The notes under the pieces: model-generated
What the model saw: the letters and a program-made list of their open reading frames with translations, nothing else
What the model was told of the DNA's origin: nothing
Databases searched by the model: none
NCBI GenBank assembly: GCA_964643995.1
Contig: CAZXUJ010000002.1
Span: forward strand, 114,125 to 178,124
Length of the DNA: 64,000 nucleotides
Source: an uncultured Candidatus Saccharibacteria bacterium
GTDB taxonomy: Bacteria > Patescibacteriota > WWE3 > UBA101185 > UBA10185
Reading direction: 5' to 3'
Shown: positions 48,497 to 59,363 of the stretch, piece by piece
Layout of the letters: every line of letters starts with the position of its first letter
Position numbering within the stretch: position 1 is the stretch's first letter
Translations under genes and position numbers: made by a program

Positions 48497-48525
48497 TTGA
48501 TAAAACAGCCCAAAAAGGCTATTAT
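48497..48525 (+). promoter_or_regulatory. sigma70-like promoter (TTGATA-17-TATTAT) upstream of ABC exporter gene
   Basis: -35 at 48497-48502, a 17-nt spacer, -10 at 48520-48525. Confidence 0.45.
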
Positions 48526-48580
48526 ACCCTCCATACCCCCCAAAAAAGTTTCTTCCAAGTTGGATTAATCGTGGGGAGAA

Positions 48581-50419
48581 ATGGCTATGGACAAAGAAAA
48601 AACCACAAAAAAGAGCTTTCGAGCACAAATATTGGAACTTCAAGAAATTCTGAGGATATCCGTCAGAATGTGGAACTATGGGTTCAAAAATGCAAAGTCA
48701 AACACAATCGGCTTTTTCGTCACGGTATTGCTTGTTTCTTTCATACCTTATGGACTAAACAAACTTTGGACATTATCATTGGATGCCTTAATACTTGCAG
48801 GAGACAACAAAAGCTATGTTTTAGCAATATTTATCCTCTACGTTGTAGGTATAGCTATTGAGAAGATATTGTGGGTTTTGACTGACTACTTCGAAAGATC
48901 AAACTACTACATGATTCACAGAAGCATGTCCTACGACATGTCAAAAAAACTTGCCGAACTAGACATTCAATATTATGAAAACCCAAAGTTTAACAATCTG
49001 TTACAAAAAGTTAGCGAGAGTTATGGGTGGCGAGCAAATGACTTTTTGAACAGAATTTTCTGGGTAATTAGAGATGTTGTTGGATTAATTATTGCAGTAG
49101 CTATTATGGTCAGCTTTTCGCCGCTAGCTGTTTTGATTATTGTCATAATCTCAATACCTGAGGTACTAAACAAACTAAAGTATGGACGTCAGGGCTGGGC
49201 AATATGGGATCTTGAGGGCGAATCCAGAAGAAATTACTACGATACCTTGTCCTTATTAAACAGGGAAAACTCATTATTTGAGATAAAAATTTATAACACT
49301 AAGCAATATCTCTTAAACATAATCAAAACTGTATACGACGGTTTTATTTCCAAACAAGAAAAGGCAGAGAAAAAGGGAATTATAACCTCTGGAATAATTT
49401 CTCTCATCATCCCTATAGGGTATGGGATTATCGGATACATGTTGATAAACAGTTTCATAACTGGGGGCATATCTGTTGGAAGTTTCGCATTCTATATGGC
49501 AACTGTATTGCAGTTTTCTTCATCTTTTTCTAACTTTTTGAGAAATGTTACAACTAACGTAGAGCATGGACTATACGTTATAGACATTTTTAAGGTTCTG
49601 GATCTGGAGAAATTTATTGTTAACGGTTCAAAAACATTGGAATACAAAGAAATACCCCCAAAAATAGAGTTTCAAGGGGTTTCGTTCAAATACCCAAGTT
49701 CAGACAAATATGTATTTAAAGACCTAGATTTCACTATTAATCCAGGAGAAAACATTGCGCTTGTAGGTAAAAATGGTGCTGGTAAGACCACGCTCGTTAA
49801 ACTATTGTGCCGTTTCTACGATGTTACCGAGGGAAAGATATTAGTTGACGGCATAGATATAAAAGAACTAGACATAGATTCTCTATATAAAAAGATCTCT
49901 CTTCTAACCCAAGATTTTGTACGGTATCATTTTGACGCTAAGACAAACATTGGCTTGGGAGACATAGATAACATGGATGATTACCAAAGGGTAGAGGAGG
50001 CAGCCCGCAAAGGCGGGGCTCACGATTTTATATCCAATGATTTCACCAAGAAGTATGATCAGGTGTTGTCCAAACGCTACAATGAGGGAACTGAACCTTC
50101 AGTTGGACAATGGCAAAAAATAGCTTTATCAAGAGCATTCTTCAAAAATGCACCCATAATAATCCTAGACGAACCAACCAGCGCAATAGATCCAAAGGCA
50201 GAGGCACAGATATTTGATAACATTTTTAGGGGAGAAAAAACCAACCAAGATAAAACTATAATTACTGTTTCTCATAGGTTTTCAACTGTGAGAAATGCGG
50301 ATAAAATTATAGTTATGGAAAACGGCAAAATTGCAGAACAAGGAACACACAAAGAACTTATGCAATTAAACGGAATATACAAAGAAGCATTCGAATTGCA
50401 AAAAAGAGGTTACGAATAG
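48581..50419 (+). CDS. ABC exporter, fused permease/ATPase (MsbA-like lipid/multidrug exporter family)
   Basis: An N-terminal 6-TM domain, Walker A 'GKNGAGKTT', signature 'LSVGQWQKIALSRAF', and Walker B 'IILDEPTSAID'. Confidence 0.85.
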   Translation: MAMDKEKTTKKSFRAQILELQEILRISVRMWNYGFKNAKSNTIGFFVTVLLVSFIPYGLNKLWTLSLDALILAGDNKSYVLAIFILYVVGIAIEKILWVLTDYFERSNYYMIHRSMSYDMSKKLAELDIQYYENPKFNNLLQKVSESYGWRANDFLNRIFWVIRDVVGLIIAVAIMVSFSPLAVLIIVIISIPEVLNKLKYGRQGWAIWDLEGESRRNYYDTLSLLNRENSLFEIKIYNTKQYLLNIIKTVYDGFISKQEKAEKKGIITSGIISLIIPIGYGIIGYMLINSFITGGISVGSFAFYMATVLQFSSSFSNFLRNVTTNVEHGLYVIDIFKVLDLEKFIVNGSKTLEYKEIPPKIEFQGVSFKYPSSDKYVFKDLDFTINPGENIALVGKNGAGKTTLVKLLCRFYDVTEGKILVDGIDIKELDIDSLYKKISLLTQDFVRYHFDAKTNIGLGDIDNMDDYQRVEEAARKGGAHDFISNDFTKKYDQVLSKRYNEGTEPSVGQWQKIALSRAFFKNAPIIILDEPTSAIDPKAEAQIFDNIFRGEKTNQDKTIITVSHRFSTVRNADKIIVMENGKIAEQGTHKELMQLNGIYKEAFELQKRGYE

Positions 50420-50735
50420 TCTCCAGATAAAACATGAACAAATATATTTATTCTGCAAAAAGGGCCTAATCGATTCGGCAGCTTATCCAAGTAGGTTTTT
50501 CTCGAATATATGGATAGACGACATCTCGCTATGGTTTACTTCTTTTTTAGGCTTGTTACTCAAATACTATTTCAAACCTGCGTGCCATTCATGCTAATAG
50601 AAGCAAAAATAATGCAGATGGCCGAATACAGATCAGATATGCTTACTATGCTAACGAGCTCCTATGGCTACAACATACTATCTTTAATATTTTTAAAAAA
50701 GCTATTTGGGTTTTACCTAAGCTCACAAACAATAT

Positions 50736-51956
50736 TTATTGGTTTAACGTGGGTTCTATGGGCGAGGGGTTTGAAAAACTACTCTTCTGTAAGTAGCTAA
50801 AAGGTTTTATAACCAATAAGTGCACAAATACAAACAAAAGCAAATACGTATTCGTATAAAAACCATGTACAAAAGGCAGTAAAATTGCAAAAAAAAGAGC
50901 TAAAGATTCTCTGTCATATCTTATCAATAACAAAGGGAAAAACCATAGATAATACCAAGGAGTGACCCAACTGGTGGAGGATATCAAGAGGAGTATTGGT
51001 AAGATAAAAGCCTCATACTTCTTGTTTTTCTCCCATAGTATTACAGACAATAAAACTAAAACTGGAAGAACAAAGGGCGAAATACTACCGGAAATACCAA
51101 TGAAGTTTTTAACTCCCACAAGCACCCCATATACAGGATAACTGTCAGCTACAGCAAAGTTTATTTGGAAGGATAAACCGTGGAACAGGCTTAAAAAATC
51201 CCAATTATTTACTAGAAACGGAAGATAGCTCAAAACTACTAGTGTAAGTGAGGCCAAACCGTATTTGGCCATCTCGAAAAAGGCGCCTCTTAGGGCGTCA
51301 CGTGAACTACGAAACCAGTCCCATAAAACTAGTGGAAGCAACAATAAAGTAACGTATTTTATAAGAAAACCAAGCACCAAAGCCAACACAGCAAATCTGT
51401 GTTTTTTTTGGGTAAGAAAAAAATATGCAGCACAAATTGAAAGCATTACAAAGATATCGTTGTGCAAGTCTACCAACCCAAATACCAAAATAGGCGCTGA
51501 AAAAAGATAGGCTAAAAGCTTGTTCAATTTCATGTTTTGGCGAGGTAACCCCTCTGCATTCAAGAGTTTGTTCATAAAATGTAATGTCAAAAGTATTGGG
51601 AGCATCCAGATAATCCTCAAAATAAAAAAAGTGGCTCCAGTGGAGAGATTAAGAGTTAGTGGTAATGCATACAGTAGTACACTTAGCGGACCGTGCGTCA
51701 TAGGTACGTAATGCCACGCTGCAAAAATCGAATAGGCGGAAGATGGCGTCTCAGTAAGAGGTTGCAAATATGGATTAAACCCCTGAAGAAAATTGTAGGC
51801 ATTGGCAAGATTCCAATACACATCCGTAGACTGTATTGGCCCCATAAACATCACAATTATAAACAAAACAACTAACAGAGCTATCACAAAATAATCACCA
51901 CTTATCGGTTCCGTAGTGGTTTTGAACGCCAGATACCCTAACAAACCAAGTGCCAC
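50736..51956 (-). CDS. polytopic membrane protein, GT-C / GT87(DUF2029)-like glycosyltransferase candidate (paralogue of 15948..17078)
   Basis: More than 10 TM helices. 'FFLTQKKHRFAVLALVLGFLIKYVTLLLLPLVLW' aligns with 'LLLKKNYCGIAGIILATVLLKPQFMLLPILLV' of the other gene. Confidence 0.45.
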   Translation of the reverse strand: MALGLLGYLAFKTTTEPISGDYFVIALLVVLFIIVMFMGPIQSTDVYWNLANAYNFLQGFNPYLQPLTETPSSAYSIFAAWHYVPMTHGPLSVLLYALPLTLNLSTGATFFILRIIWMLPILLTLHFMNKLLNAEGLPRQNMKLNKLLAYLFSAPILVFGLVDLHNDIFVMLSICAAYFFLTQKKHRFAVLALVLGFLIKYVTLLLLPLVLWDWFRSSRDALRGAFFEMAKYGLASLTLVVLSYLPFLVNNWDFLSLFHGLSFQINFAVADSYPVYGVLVGVKNFIGISGSISPFVLPVLVLLSVILWEKNKKYEAFILPILLLISSTSWVTPWYYLWFFPLLLIRYDRESLALFFAILLPFVHGFYTNTYLLLFVFVHLLVIKPFSYLQKSSFSNPSPIEPTLNQ

Positions 51957-52459
51957 CTCAATATATGCCCGGCATCAGAAGCAACACGAAATGCATTGCC
52001 TATACCAAAAAAAAGCGAAATGTTTAAGAAAAAATAACAGTAAATGCTTACATAAAGTATAAACAGAAACCTAGGCAATACTTTTTTTTTTAAAAAACAG
52101 CATGCAAATATTTTACACACTATACACTTTTTAATGCAAGGGAGCCTATAATCGCGTTTCAACATCTGGAGCATCTGATTTAGCAGGCTCGATAAAAAGC
52201 GGGTAAATTACTAAAGATTTAGTTAGGCCACTAAACTATATTAACCTTAACATCCCAAGAAATTACATCGGAGCACTATTTGGGACTATTGGTAACCTCA
52301 TAGCTATTTTGCTGTTTTCCGTCTTTTTATGCAAATCACTATAACTTATAGCGTTTAAGTAGTTGTGCCGGTAGGCTAAAAAAGCTTGTAACCACAGGAA
52401 CTACATCGCAAGACTTATAGTAATATCGCGGTGGATTTTGATTTACTCGAGGAGCTAAC

Positions 52460-52759
52460 ATGAATATCTGGTTCGTTAAGCCGGTGTTGGACCTGTTTTG
52501 GATATTGTTTCTTTTTCTTATTGGGCTCTGGGGATTTTTCAAAGATTCAATGTGGAAAGGCAGAGGAAAAACCTTGACATGGTTTGCAGACCTGATAGCA
52601 GTTTCAATAATGGATCTGCGGGCGCTTCTAAACAAAATATTCGGTTTACTGGCGATAGGACTCTGCACGAGTTATCTACTTGGAGTGCGAGCACTCATAA
52701 CCCGGGTAGTTTTCGAGAAAAGAAATTATAAGATTTCGTTTTTCAGGAAACATGAGTAA
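52460..52759 (+). CDS. hypothetical small membrane protein
   Basis: RBS gaggag 6 nt upstream of the ATG, 99 aa, two predicted TM helices. It sits alone after a roughly 500-bp ORF-free region. Confidence 0.35.
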   Translation: MNIWFVKPVLDLFWILFLFLIGLWGFFKDSMWKGRGKTLTWFADLIAVSIMDLRALLNKIFGLLAIGLCTSYLLGVRALITRVVFEKRNYKISFFRKHE

Positions 52760-52809
52760 ATCCAAATCCACAAACAAAAAAAACCTGCCGAGTGTGATAT
52801 ATTATTCCC

Positions 52810-53751
52810 ATGAAAACTATAATAATAGGGCATAAGTCCCCAGACCTAGACGCTATTGCATCAGCGGTGCAATATGCTGAATTTTTAGAAAAATCAGGAA
52901 AAAATAAAAATATTGAGGTTGTACCTGCTAGAGCAGGGGAGCCTAACGCCGAAACTAAATATATTTTTGAAAGATTTGGCATTACGTTACCTGAAAACCT
53001 CGATAATATCGAAGTAACAGATGAAGATAAGTTCATTCTAGTGGACCACAATGAGGAGACACAAAGACACGAGAAAGTAAACCCAAGTAAAATCACGGAA
53101 CTAGTAGACCATCATAAAATAAACGTAAACTTTTCATCACCATTAAGAGTTGATGTCAGACCAGTAGGATCAACCAGTACCATAATTTATGAACTTTTTG
53201 AATCAGCAGGACTTGAAGCATCAAAAGGTATTTTAGGTTTGATGTTGTCAGGAATACTTTCCGATACTGTAGGATTGAAATCCAGTACAACTACAGGACT
53301 AGACTCGGATGTGGCACACAAAATTGCTGAAAAAATCGGCGAAGATCTAGATAAATTAACATTTGAAATTTTTAGGGCAAAATCTGATTTGACGGGTTTA
53401 TCAGCTTTTGAGATTGCCACAAAGGACTTTAAGGTTTTTGACTTTGGAGGTACTCCAGTATTCATCAATCAAGTAGAAACCGTAGAACCTGAGAAAGTTT
53501 TGGAAATGAAAGATGCGTTAACTGAAGCGTTAAACGAGGCTAAATCTCGGGAGGGCGCATCACAAGGCTACTTGGTAATAACTGATATCTTAAAAATCAA
53601 CTCGCAAGTTATTTATACTAACGATACCGAGAAGGAGATTGTGGAAAAGGCTTTTACAACAAAAGGCGAGGATAACGTAGCGGATATTGGGCCAAAGATG
53701 TCACGAAAAAAAGATATTGCACCGGCTATTGAAAAAATATTGGCAAAGTAG
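52810..53751 (+). CDS. ppaC: manganese-dependent inorganic pyrophosphatase (family II, DHH-DHHA2)
   Basis: 'IIGHKSPDLDAIASA', 'LVDHNE', 'DHHKIN' DHH motifs, and the DHHA2 region 'GLMLSGILSDTVGLKSSTTT'. Confidence 0.85.
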   Translation: MKTIIIGHKSPDLDAIASAVQYAEFLEKSGKNKNIEVVPARAGEPNAETKYIFERFGITLPENLDNIEVTDEDKFILVDHNEETQRHEKVNPSKITELVDHHKINVNFSSPLRVDVRPVGSTSTIIYELFESAGLEASKGILGLMLSGILSDTVGLKSSTTTGLDSDVAHKIAEKIGEDLDKLTFEIFRAKSDLTGLSAFEIATKDFKVFDFGGTPVFINQVETVEPEKVLEMKDALTEALNEAKSREGASQGYLVITDILKINSQVIYTNDTEKEIVEKAFTTKGEDNVADIGPKMSRKKDIAPAIEKILAK

Positions 53752-53766
53752 GCATTTATAGAATAT

Positions 53767-55401
53767 TTAGAAAGAAACTACAGCAGGATTGTACAAGGGG
53801 CTGACTAAATTTTTTCCTGGACGTGTCGTTTGCTTAATCTTAAGTTTGACCTCTTCAGAAACATCATCGGGAACTTCAGGTAATTCAGCTATCATTGCAA
53901 CCACGTATCTACCTAGCCGATCAAAAGCGTTACTCCATATAGCAGATTCAGAGGCATTTCTCGCAATCATTTGTAAATAGCTTTTGTCGCCTAAGGCATT
54001 TGCTTCTTGGGCAGCCAATACATCTGAAAAACGATCGCCATGCGGTTTTATCCCGTCAGGCAGACGGCTCATATATTGAGCTGCTAATAACATACCTGTC
54101 ACTTTATCTACCATAGCAGGACTCAAATCTTGCTGGGTCCTCAAGGCTATGTTAAGAGCCTTGATACCATCTGCATGCGCATCCAGAGTCCCAATAGCCT
54201 CCGGATTCATATATCTTTTGACACGATCTCCTAACTCTTGTTCCGTGATATCCTCTACAGCGCGACCACGTGTTTGAGCTTCCTTTTTAATTTGATCATA
54301 AGCCAGCTCGCGAATTGATCCTTCGGCAACTGCCTGCGCATTATTTAGCATTCCTGTGAATACCTCATTTACGCCATTTCCTAAAGCATCACGAAAGGCA
54401 GTTTTAACTTCAGGGCGACTAAGCACTGAAGAAAATTTTGTTGCTAATTCATATGTTTCAACGGCTTGCTCGCGCTCAATCCTCTCTTCGGGGGTTAGAG
54501 CAACAGGTACTGATTCAGTTTCAGAATTTTCCAAACGACCACGATGCGATGAGGCAGCTTGATCAAGCACGGCATTACCCCTCACTGTTAACATACGACC
54601 TTTGGCATAAACTTTTTTCAAAACACTAAGACGAGACTTCAAACCAGAACCCGTCATAGTTTTACGAGCATGTTCGGCTGCAGTCAATGCTGCTTCTGAG
54701 ACTGAATGCCCTAGCGCAGCATAGTTGTCAGCAAAGGTTACTAAATCTGTGAACTCTATAGGGCTTTCTTCCTCGGAAACTTCAGTGATGAATGATCCAA
54801 AATCGATACCATTCTGTGCGAGCTGAGAATCTAAGGCAAGCACAAAGCCCTCACGCTGTTGCATATTGTCATACCTCTTGGTGGAACCCTCTTTGTAACG
54901 ACCAAATTTGGATGGATCCTCCAACAAGGTTGAAGGTTTTTCAACAGATGCAGCTTGAAGCAAAGCTGGGGAAAACATTCTAGAAAATGCTACATTAGTG
55001 CTAGTTTTGAAAGCCGGACGCTTTTCGTCAGGTAAGGCCCTCAGTAATTCGGAAGCAAGTTCACGGACGACACGAAGCTCCGTAAGCATAGTATCCAACT
55101 GGCGTCTCCTTACTACTATATCCTCAGCCTGCTGTAAAATCCTTTCATAAAAATCCTGTTCCTCACGGGTTCTGCTAGAACGAGTCGTATAATGCTCAGC
55201 ATTCATAGCATCCCGTAAAACCAAGGATTCAACTGCTTCTCTATATACGAATTCCTCTGCCTGTCTATCTTCCAAAGTAGGATCTTCATACAGTGTTTGT
55301 ATTTGGGATTTTTCGGTAGGGGCATTCTCAGTAACAACTTCGGGTGCAGGTACAGCATGTTGTTCTAAAAGATTTTGTGGTAATGACTTTTCATCGGGCA
55401 T
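53767..55401 (-). CDS. hypothetical cytoplasmic protein (544 aa, Ala/Glu/Arg-rich, predicted helical)
   Basis: A long uninterrupted ORF with no TM helix, no signal peptide and no recognisable catalytic motif. Confidence 0.55.
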   Translation of the reverse strand: MPDEKSLPQNLLEQHAVPAPEVVTENAPTEKSQIQTLYEDPTLEDRQAEEFVYREAVESLVLRDAMNAEHYTTRSSRTREEQDFYERILQQAEDIVVRRRQLDTMLTELRVVRELASELLRALPDEKRPAFKTSTNVAFSRMFSPALLQAASVEKPSTLLEDPSKFGRYKEGSTKRYDNMQQREGFVLALDSQLAQNGIDFGSFITEVSEEESPIEFTDLVTFADNYAALGHSVSEAALTAAEHARKTMTGSGLKSRLSVLKKVYAKGRMLTVRGNAVLDQAASSHRGRLENSETESVPVALTPEERIEREQAVETYELATKFSSVLSRPEVKTAFRDALGNGVNEVFTGMLNNAQAVAEGSIRELAYDQIKKEAQTRGRAVEDITEQELGDRVKRYMNPEAIGTLDAHADGIKALNIALRTQQDLSPAMVDKVTGMLLAAQYMSRLPDGIKPHGDRFSDVLAAQEANALGDKSYLQMIARNASESAIWSNAFDRLGRYVVAMIAELPEVPDDVSEEVKLKIKQTTRPGKNLVSPLYNPAVVSF

Positions 55402-55500
55402 GACTAAATGATAATGGAAATAAATAACATTGTAAATAGTTCGTTTGCCTCTACGAGATCAATTGAATCAACAAGTGAAAACTGCTATGATATCTAGGCC

Positions 55501-58116
55501 ATGGCAAATAACGACGCAATAACAGGAATAATTCCAGAAACTGAAGAACAAACTAACCCCAATATCCGAAAAACAGACATCACAACCGAGATGCAAAAAG
55601 CATACCTTGACTACGCAATGTCTGTTATTGTTTCAAGAGCACTTCCAGACGTTAGAGATGGGTTAAAGCCAGTACAACGAAGGATTATCTATTCCATGCA
55701 AGAAAATAATATGGCAGCTTCAGGAAAGTTTCATAAGTGCGCTACAGTTGTTGGAGGTGTAATCGGACACTATCACCCTCACGGCGATGTCTCAGTATAT
55801 GACGCTTTAGTAAGAATGGGACAGGATTGGACCCTGAGGTATCCACTTATTTGGCCACAAGGAAACTTTGGAAGCATAGATAATGACCCCCCAGCAGCTA
55901 TGAGGTATACCGAGTGCAAACTTGAAAAAATCTCCGAGGAACTTTTTAAAGACATCCAACACGAAACTGTGGATTTTGAACTAAACGACCTTCAAAATTA
56001 TGAGCCTAAATATTTGCCATCATTGTTACCAAATCTATTGCTGATGGGGGCATCCGGTATCGCAGTTGGTATGGCCACAAACATACCACCACATAACTTA
56101 GGTGAAGTAGTAGATGGCATAAATCACATGATTGCTAATGCAGATATAATAGGCCATAAACCTGGAAAAGATGACGAAATAACTTTAGACCTAGGATTTA
56201 TTCAGTACAAAGTAAAAACCGCCAAAACCGACTTTTCTTCAAAGGCTACTGTCGAAGAGTTAGTGAAATTTATTCAAGGACCAGACTTTCCAACAGGAGG
56301 AGTCATTTATGACCAAAAAGAACTTATTCAGATGTATGCAACCGGAAAGGGCAGGGTAGTAACACGCGCAAAAATGGAGACGGAAGAGACTAAATCCGGA
56401 AAGACCAAACTTATTGTTACTGAAATTCCATATCAGGTGAACAAGGCTGCATTGATTGAAAAAATAGCCGAGCTTGTAAAGGATAAGCGAATAAATGGAA
56501 TTTCTGATCTAAGAGACGAATCAAGCAGTAGAGGGGGCATGCGAATTTCTATCGAACTAAGAAAAGATGCACTGGTTAAGAAAATCCAGAACCAACTTTT
56601 TAAATATAGCCCTTTGCAGAGCACTTTCAACACCAACATGGTGGCTCTTCTGAATGGGGAACCAAAACTTATGACTCTAAAGTTTATTCTTGAGGAGTTT
56701 ATCAAGCACAGGCAGGAGGTTATTGTTAAGAGGTGTCTGTTTTTCCTTAAGAAGCATAAGGCGCGAGAACATATTTTACTCGGATTAAAGATAGCTTTAG
56801 ATAATCTTGATGAGGTTATAAAGCTCATCAGAAGCAGTAAGGACGCGGAAACAGCTAAAAACGGTTTAATGACCAAATTCAAGCTCACTGATATACAGGC
56901 ACAAGCAATACTGGATATGCAATTACGCAAGCTTGCAGCTCTGGAAAGACAAAAAATAGAGGATGAACTCAAAGAGGTTACAAGCTATATCGCAGATTTA
57001 GAAGATCTAGTAGCCTCACCAGACAGAATTTTGAAAACAGTTAAGGACGAATTGACGGAACTAAAACAAAAATATGGAGATCCAAGGAAAACCAAACTTA
57101 TCAAATCCAAGCTTGGAGACATAGAAGAAACTGACCTCATACCTAATGAAAAATGCATCATTACAATCTCAAGGAGTGGGTATATAAAACGAATGAAGGA
57201 AGACACCTATAAAATACAAGGTAGGGGCGGAAAAGGCGTCAAAGGACAAGATCTAAAGGAAGAAGATGTAATAGATGCTATAAAACCCTGCCATACACAT
57301 GATTGGGCGTTATTTTTCACAAATACAGGGAAGGTTTATAAACTAAGAGCATGGGAGATTCCGGAAACACAACGTCAAGCTAAAGGTACTGCACTTGTAA
57401 ACTTTCTTAACATAGCAAGTGTGGAAAAAATCGAGGTTTTCTTTGTAGTTACCGACGAAATGCTATCGCATAAGGAAGCATTTATTTTATTTGGTACTAA
57501 AAAGGGAACTATCAAGAAAACCCCAGTGGTCGAGTTTGCTAACATCCGTGCGTCTGGCATCGCAGCAATAAAAGTAAACAATGGTGATAGTTTAACGTGG
57601 GCTAACTATCTTAAGGAAGAGGCAGACATAGTAATGATTACCTCACGTGGACAATCGATAAGATTTGACCAGGATGACCTTAGACCAATGGGAAGAGTAG
57701 CAGCTGGTGTCAGGGGCATAAAACTTACTAAAAGCGACGACGAGGTTATAGGTATGGACATAGTACCTAAAACGGATAAAGGTGTTAACCTAATGATAGT
57801 TTCATCCGGGGGTTACGGCAAAAGATCCCCACTAAGTGAGTACAAAACACAGAATAGGGGAGGATCTGGAATTTTGACATACAAGGTATCAGATAAAACT
57901 GGGAAGCTAGTTGCAGGTAGAGTGCTCTCAACCGATACTGAGACAGATATATTGATAGCAACAAACTCTGGTAAATTTATCAGACTTGGTACAAAAGAGG
58001 TGCCTGAGCTAGGTAGAGCTACAATGGGAGTAAGACTTATAAAACTCGATTCAGGCGACAAAGTTACATCTGTGGCAGTACTCGAAAACAATGACCAACT
58101 CGAAGACCATAAATAG
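55501..58116 (+). CDS. gyrA: DNA gyrase subunit A
   Basis: 'YAMSVIVSRALPDVRDGLKPVQRRI' and an active-site Tyr region, with C-terminal beta-pinwheel repeats. Confidence 0.9.
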   Translation: MANNDAITGIIPETEEQTNPNIRKTDITTEMQKAYLDYAMSVIVSRALPDVRDGLKPVQRRIIYSMQENNMAASGKFHKCATVVGGVIGHYHPHGDVSVYDALVRMGQDWTLRYPLIWPQGNFGSIDNDPPAAMRYTECKLEKISEELFKDIQHETVDFELNDLQNYEPKYLPSLLPNLLLMGASGIAVGMATNIPPHNLGEVVDGINHMIANADIIGHKPGKDDEITLDLGFIQYKVKTAKTDFSSKATVEELVKFIQGPDFPTGGVIYDQKELIQMYATGKGRVVTRAKMETEETKSGKTKLIVTEIPYQVNKAALIEKIAELVKDKRINGISDLRDESSSRGGMRISIELRKDALVKKIQNQLFKYSPLQSTFNTNMVALLNGEPKLMTLKFILEEFIKHRQEVIVKRCLFFLKKHKAREHILLGLKIALDNLDEVIKLIRSSKDAETAKNGLMTKFKLTDIQAQAILDMQLRKLAALERQKIEDELKEVTSYIADLEDLVASPDRILKTVKDELTELKQKYGDPRKTKLIKSKLGDIEETDLIPNEKCIITISRSGYIKRMKEDTYKIQGRGGKGVKGQDLKEEDVIDAIKPCHTHDWALFFTNTGKVYKLRAWEIPETQRQAKGTALVNFLNIASVEKIEVFFVVTDEMLSHKEAFILFGTKKGTIKKTPVVEFANIRASGIAAIKVNNGDSLTWANYLKEEADIVMITSRGQSIRFDQDDLRPMGRVAAGVRGIKLTKSDDEVIGMDIVPKTDKGVNLMIVSSGGYGKRSPLSEYKTQNRGGSGILTYKVSDKTGKLVAGRVLSTDTETDILIATNSGKFIRLGTKEVPELGRATMGVRLIKLDSGDKVTSVAVLENNDQLEDHK

Positions 58117-58759
58117 AGTCCAATTCGAACTAGATTTAATAGGGAAAGGTGTAAACGTTATTGCCGGTGTTGATGAGGTGGGGAGGGGACCACTAGCCGG
58201 ACCCATGGTCACCGCAGCAGTGGCATTTAATAATGAAGATTTACTAGCCATCTCACAAAGTAGGGAAGTCAATAAACTATTTGGAATGATCAAAGACTCT
58301 AAAATACTTTCGGAGAGGCATAGAAATGAGTTAGGTTGCTTTATTCGTGAAACGGCATACGCATATAACATAGAGACAATTGACCGGGAAATAATAGACC
58401 AAAAGGGAATCAGTACAGCAACCCAAATTGGTTTTTTTAATGCTGTTAAAAAAATACCAAACTACCAACACGTTTTAACAGATAACTTTAAAATAAGTCT
58501 CATTGTAGAGACGAAACAAACAAACATTGTAAAGGGCGACAATTTGAGTATTTCCATTGGGGCCGCCTCCATAATAGCAAAGGTGTTCAGAGATGAAATT
58601 ATGGTTAAATATGCAGAAAAGTATCCGCAGTACGGATTTGAAAAACATAAGGGATACGGAACGAAGCAACATCTGGAAGCCATTTACAAGCATGGGGTAT
58701 GCGAAATTCACAGAAAAAGCTTTGAGCCGATTAAGACGATTTTAAGCACTCGGGCCTAA
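58091..58759 (+). CDS. rnhB: ribonuclease HII
   Basis: 'VIAGVDEVGRGPLAGPMV' catalytic N-terminus. It overlaps the gyrA stop. Confidence 0.9.
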   Translation: MTNSKTINRVQFELDLIGKGVNVIAGVDEVGRGPLAGPMVTAAVAFNNEDLLAISQSREVNKLFGMIKDSKILSERHRNELGCFIRETAYAYNIETIDREIIDQKGISTATQIGFFNAVKKIPNYQHVLTDNFKISLIVETKQTNIVKGDNLSISIGAASIIAKVFRDEIMVKYAEKYPQYGFEKHKGYGTKQHLEAIYKHGVCEIHRKSFEPIKTILSTRA

Positions 58760-59069
58760 TTTCTGACTTGAGTACAAACTTGTCGAAATGGTCGTTTAGA
58801 AAAGAGTAGAGGGTATCAAACCTTTGATCGAGCATTTCTTGCATCTCTGCCTTTAAGCTTATTCTCATACCTTTAAGCATATATTCCGTTTTTAGTTCCA
58901 AACGTTGCTCAAGCGCAGCGAGCTTTGCATCAAACCTACTTTCCAATGCAGTAAGCTTTGCATCAAACTTAGCATCTAAACGTGCTTCTAAAGCAGCATT
59001 GTTTACCTCAAACATGTTTTGGAGGATTTTGATGTCATTTCGTGTGAGTGCCATAATCGAATTATACAT
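58731..59069 (-). CDS. small coiled-coil protein with internal repeats
   Basis: 'LEARLDAKFDAKLTALESRFDAKLAALEQRLE' is a repeated 11-mer-like unit. No homology was recognised. Confidence 0.4.
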   Translation of the reverse strand: MYNSIMALTRNDIKILQNMFEVNNAALEARLDAKFDAKLTALESRFDAKLAALEQRLELKTEYMLKGMRISLKAEMQEMLDQRFDTLYSFLNDHFDKFVLKSEIRPECLKSS

Positions 59070-59363
59070 AGGGAACCAGATGTAACAAGAGTGAAAATTC
59101 TCTTTAGAATAGGAATAAAATCAGTACAAATGGAAACTAAAAATGTGCCAAAAGGCAAAAGTCTTCCTACAGAAAAGATTGTAGGACCACCTGAAGTAAG
59201 ACGAGAATCATTATGTGCTTTGCTTTTCTCTCTACGACTCATCACGAACTCTCCTTGGCCTAAGGCCCTATATTGGGTTATAAGCATTACAGGTATACCA
59301 CTCATGTTTGGATTTTTCAAGTTTTGACAAGATATACCTGTTCGACTAACATGTAGAAGTCAC

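Noticed and set aside
48571-48861. 96-aa ORF overlapping the start of the ABC exporter gene in another frame
   Set aside because: It lies fully inside a well-supported ABC transporter CDS and has no RBS, so it is an artefact.
50510-50800. 96-aa plus-strand ORF in the gap after the ABC gene
   Set aside because: It overlaps the 3' end of the convergent GT87-like gene, has no RBS and has an implausible composition. It is probably spurious.
59003-59327. Two mutually overlapping ORFs of about 100 aa on opposite strands between the coiled-coil gene and the Ham1-fusion gene
   Set aside because: Neither has an RBS or a recognisable motif, and they overlap each other almost completely. I treated the region as intergenic or promoter.
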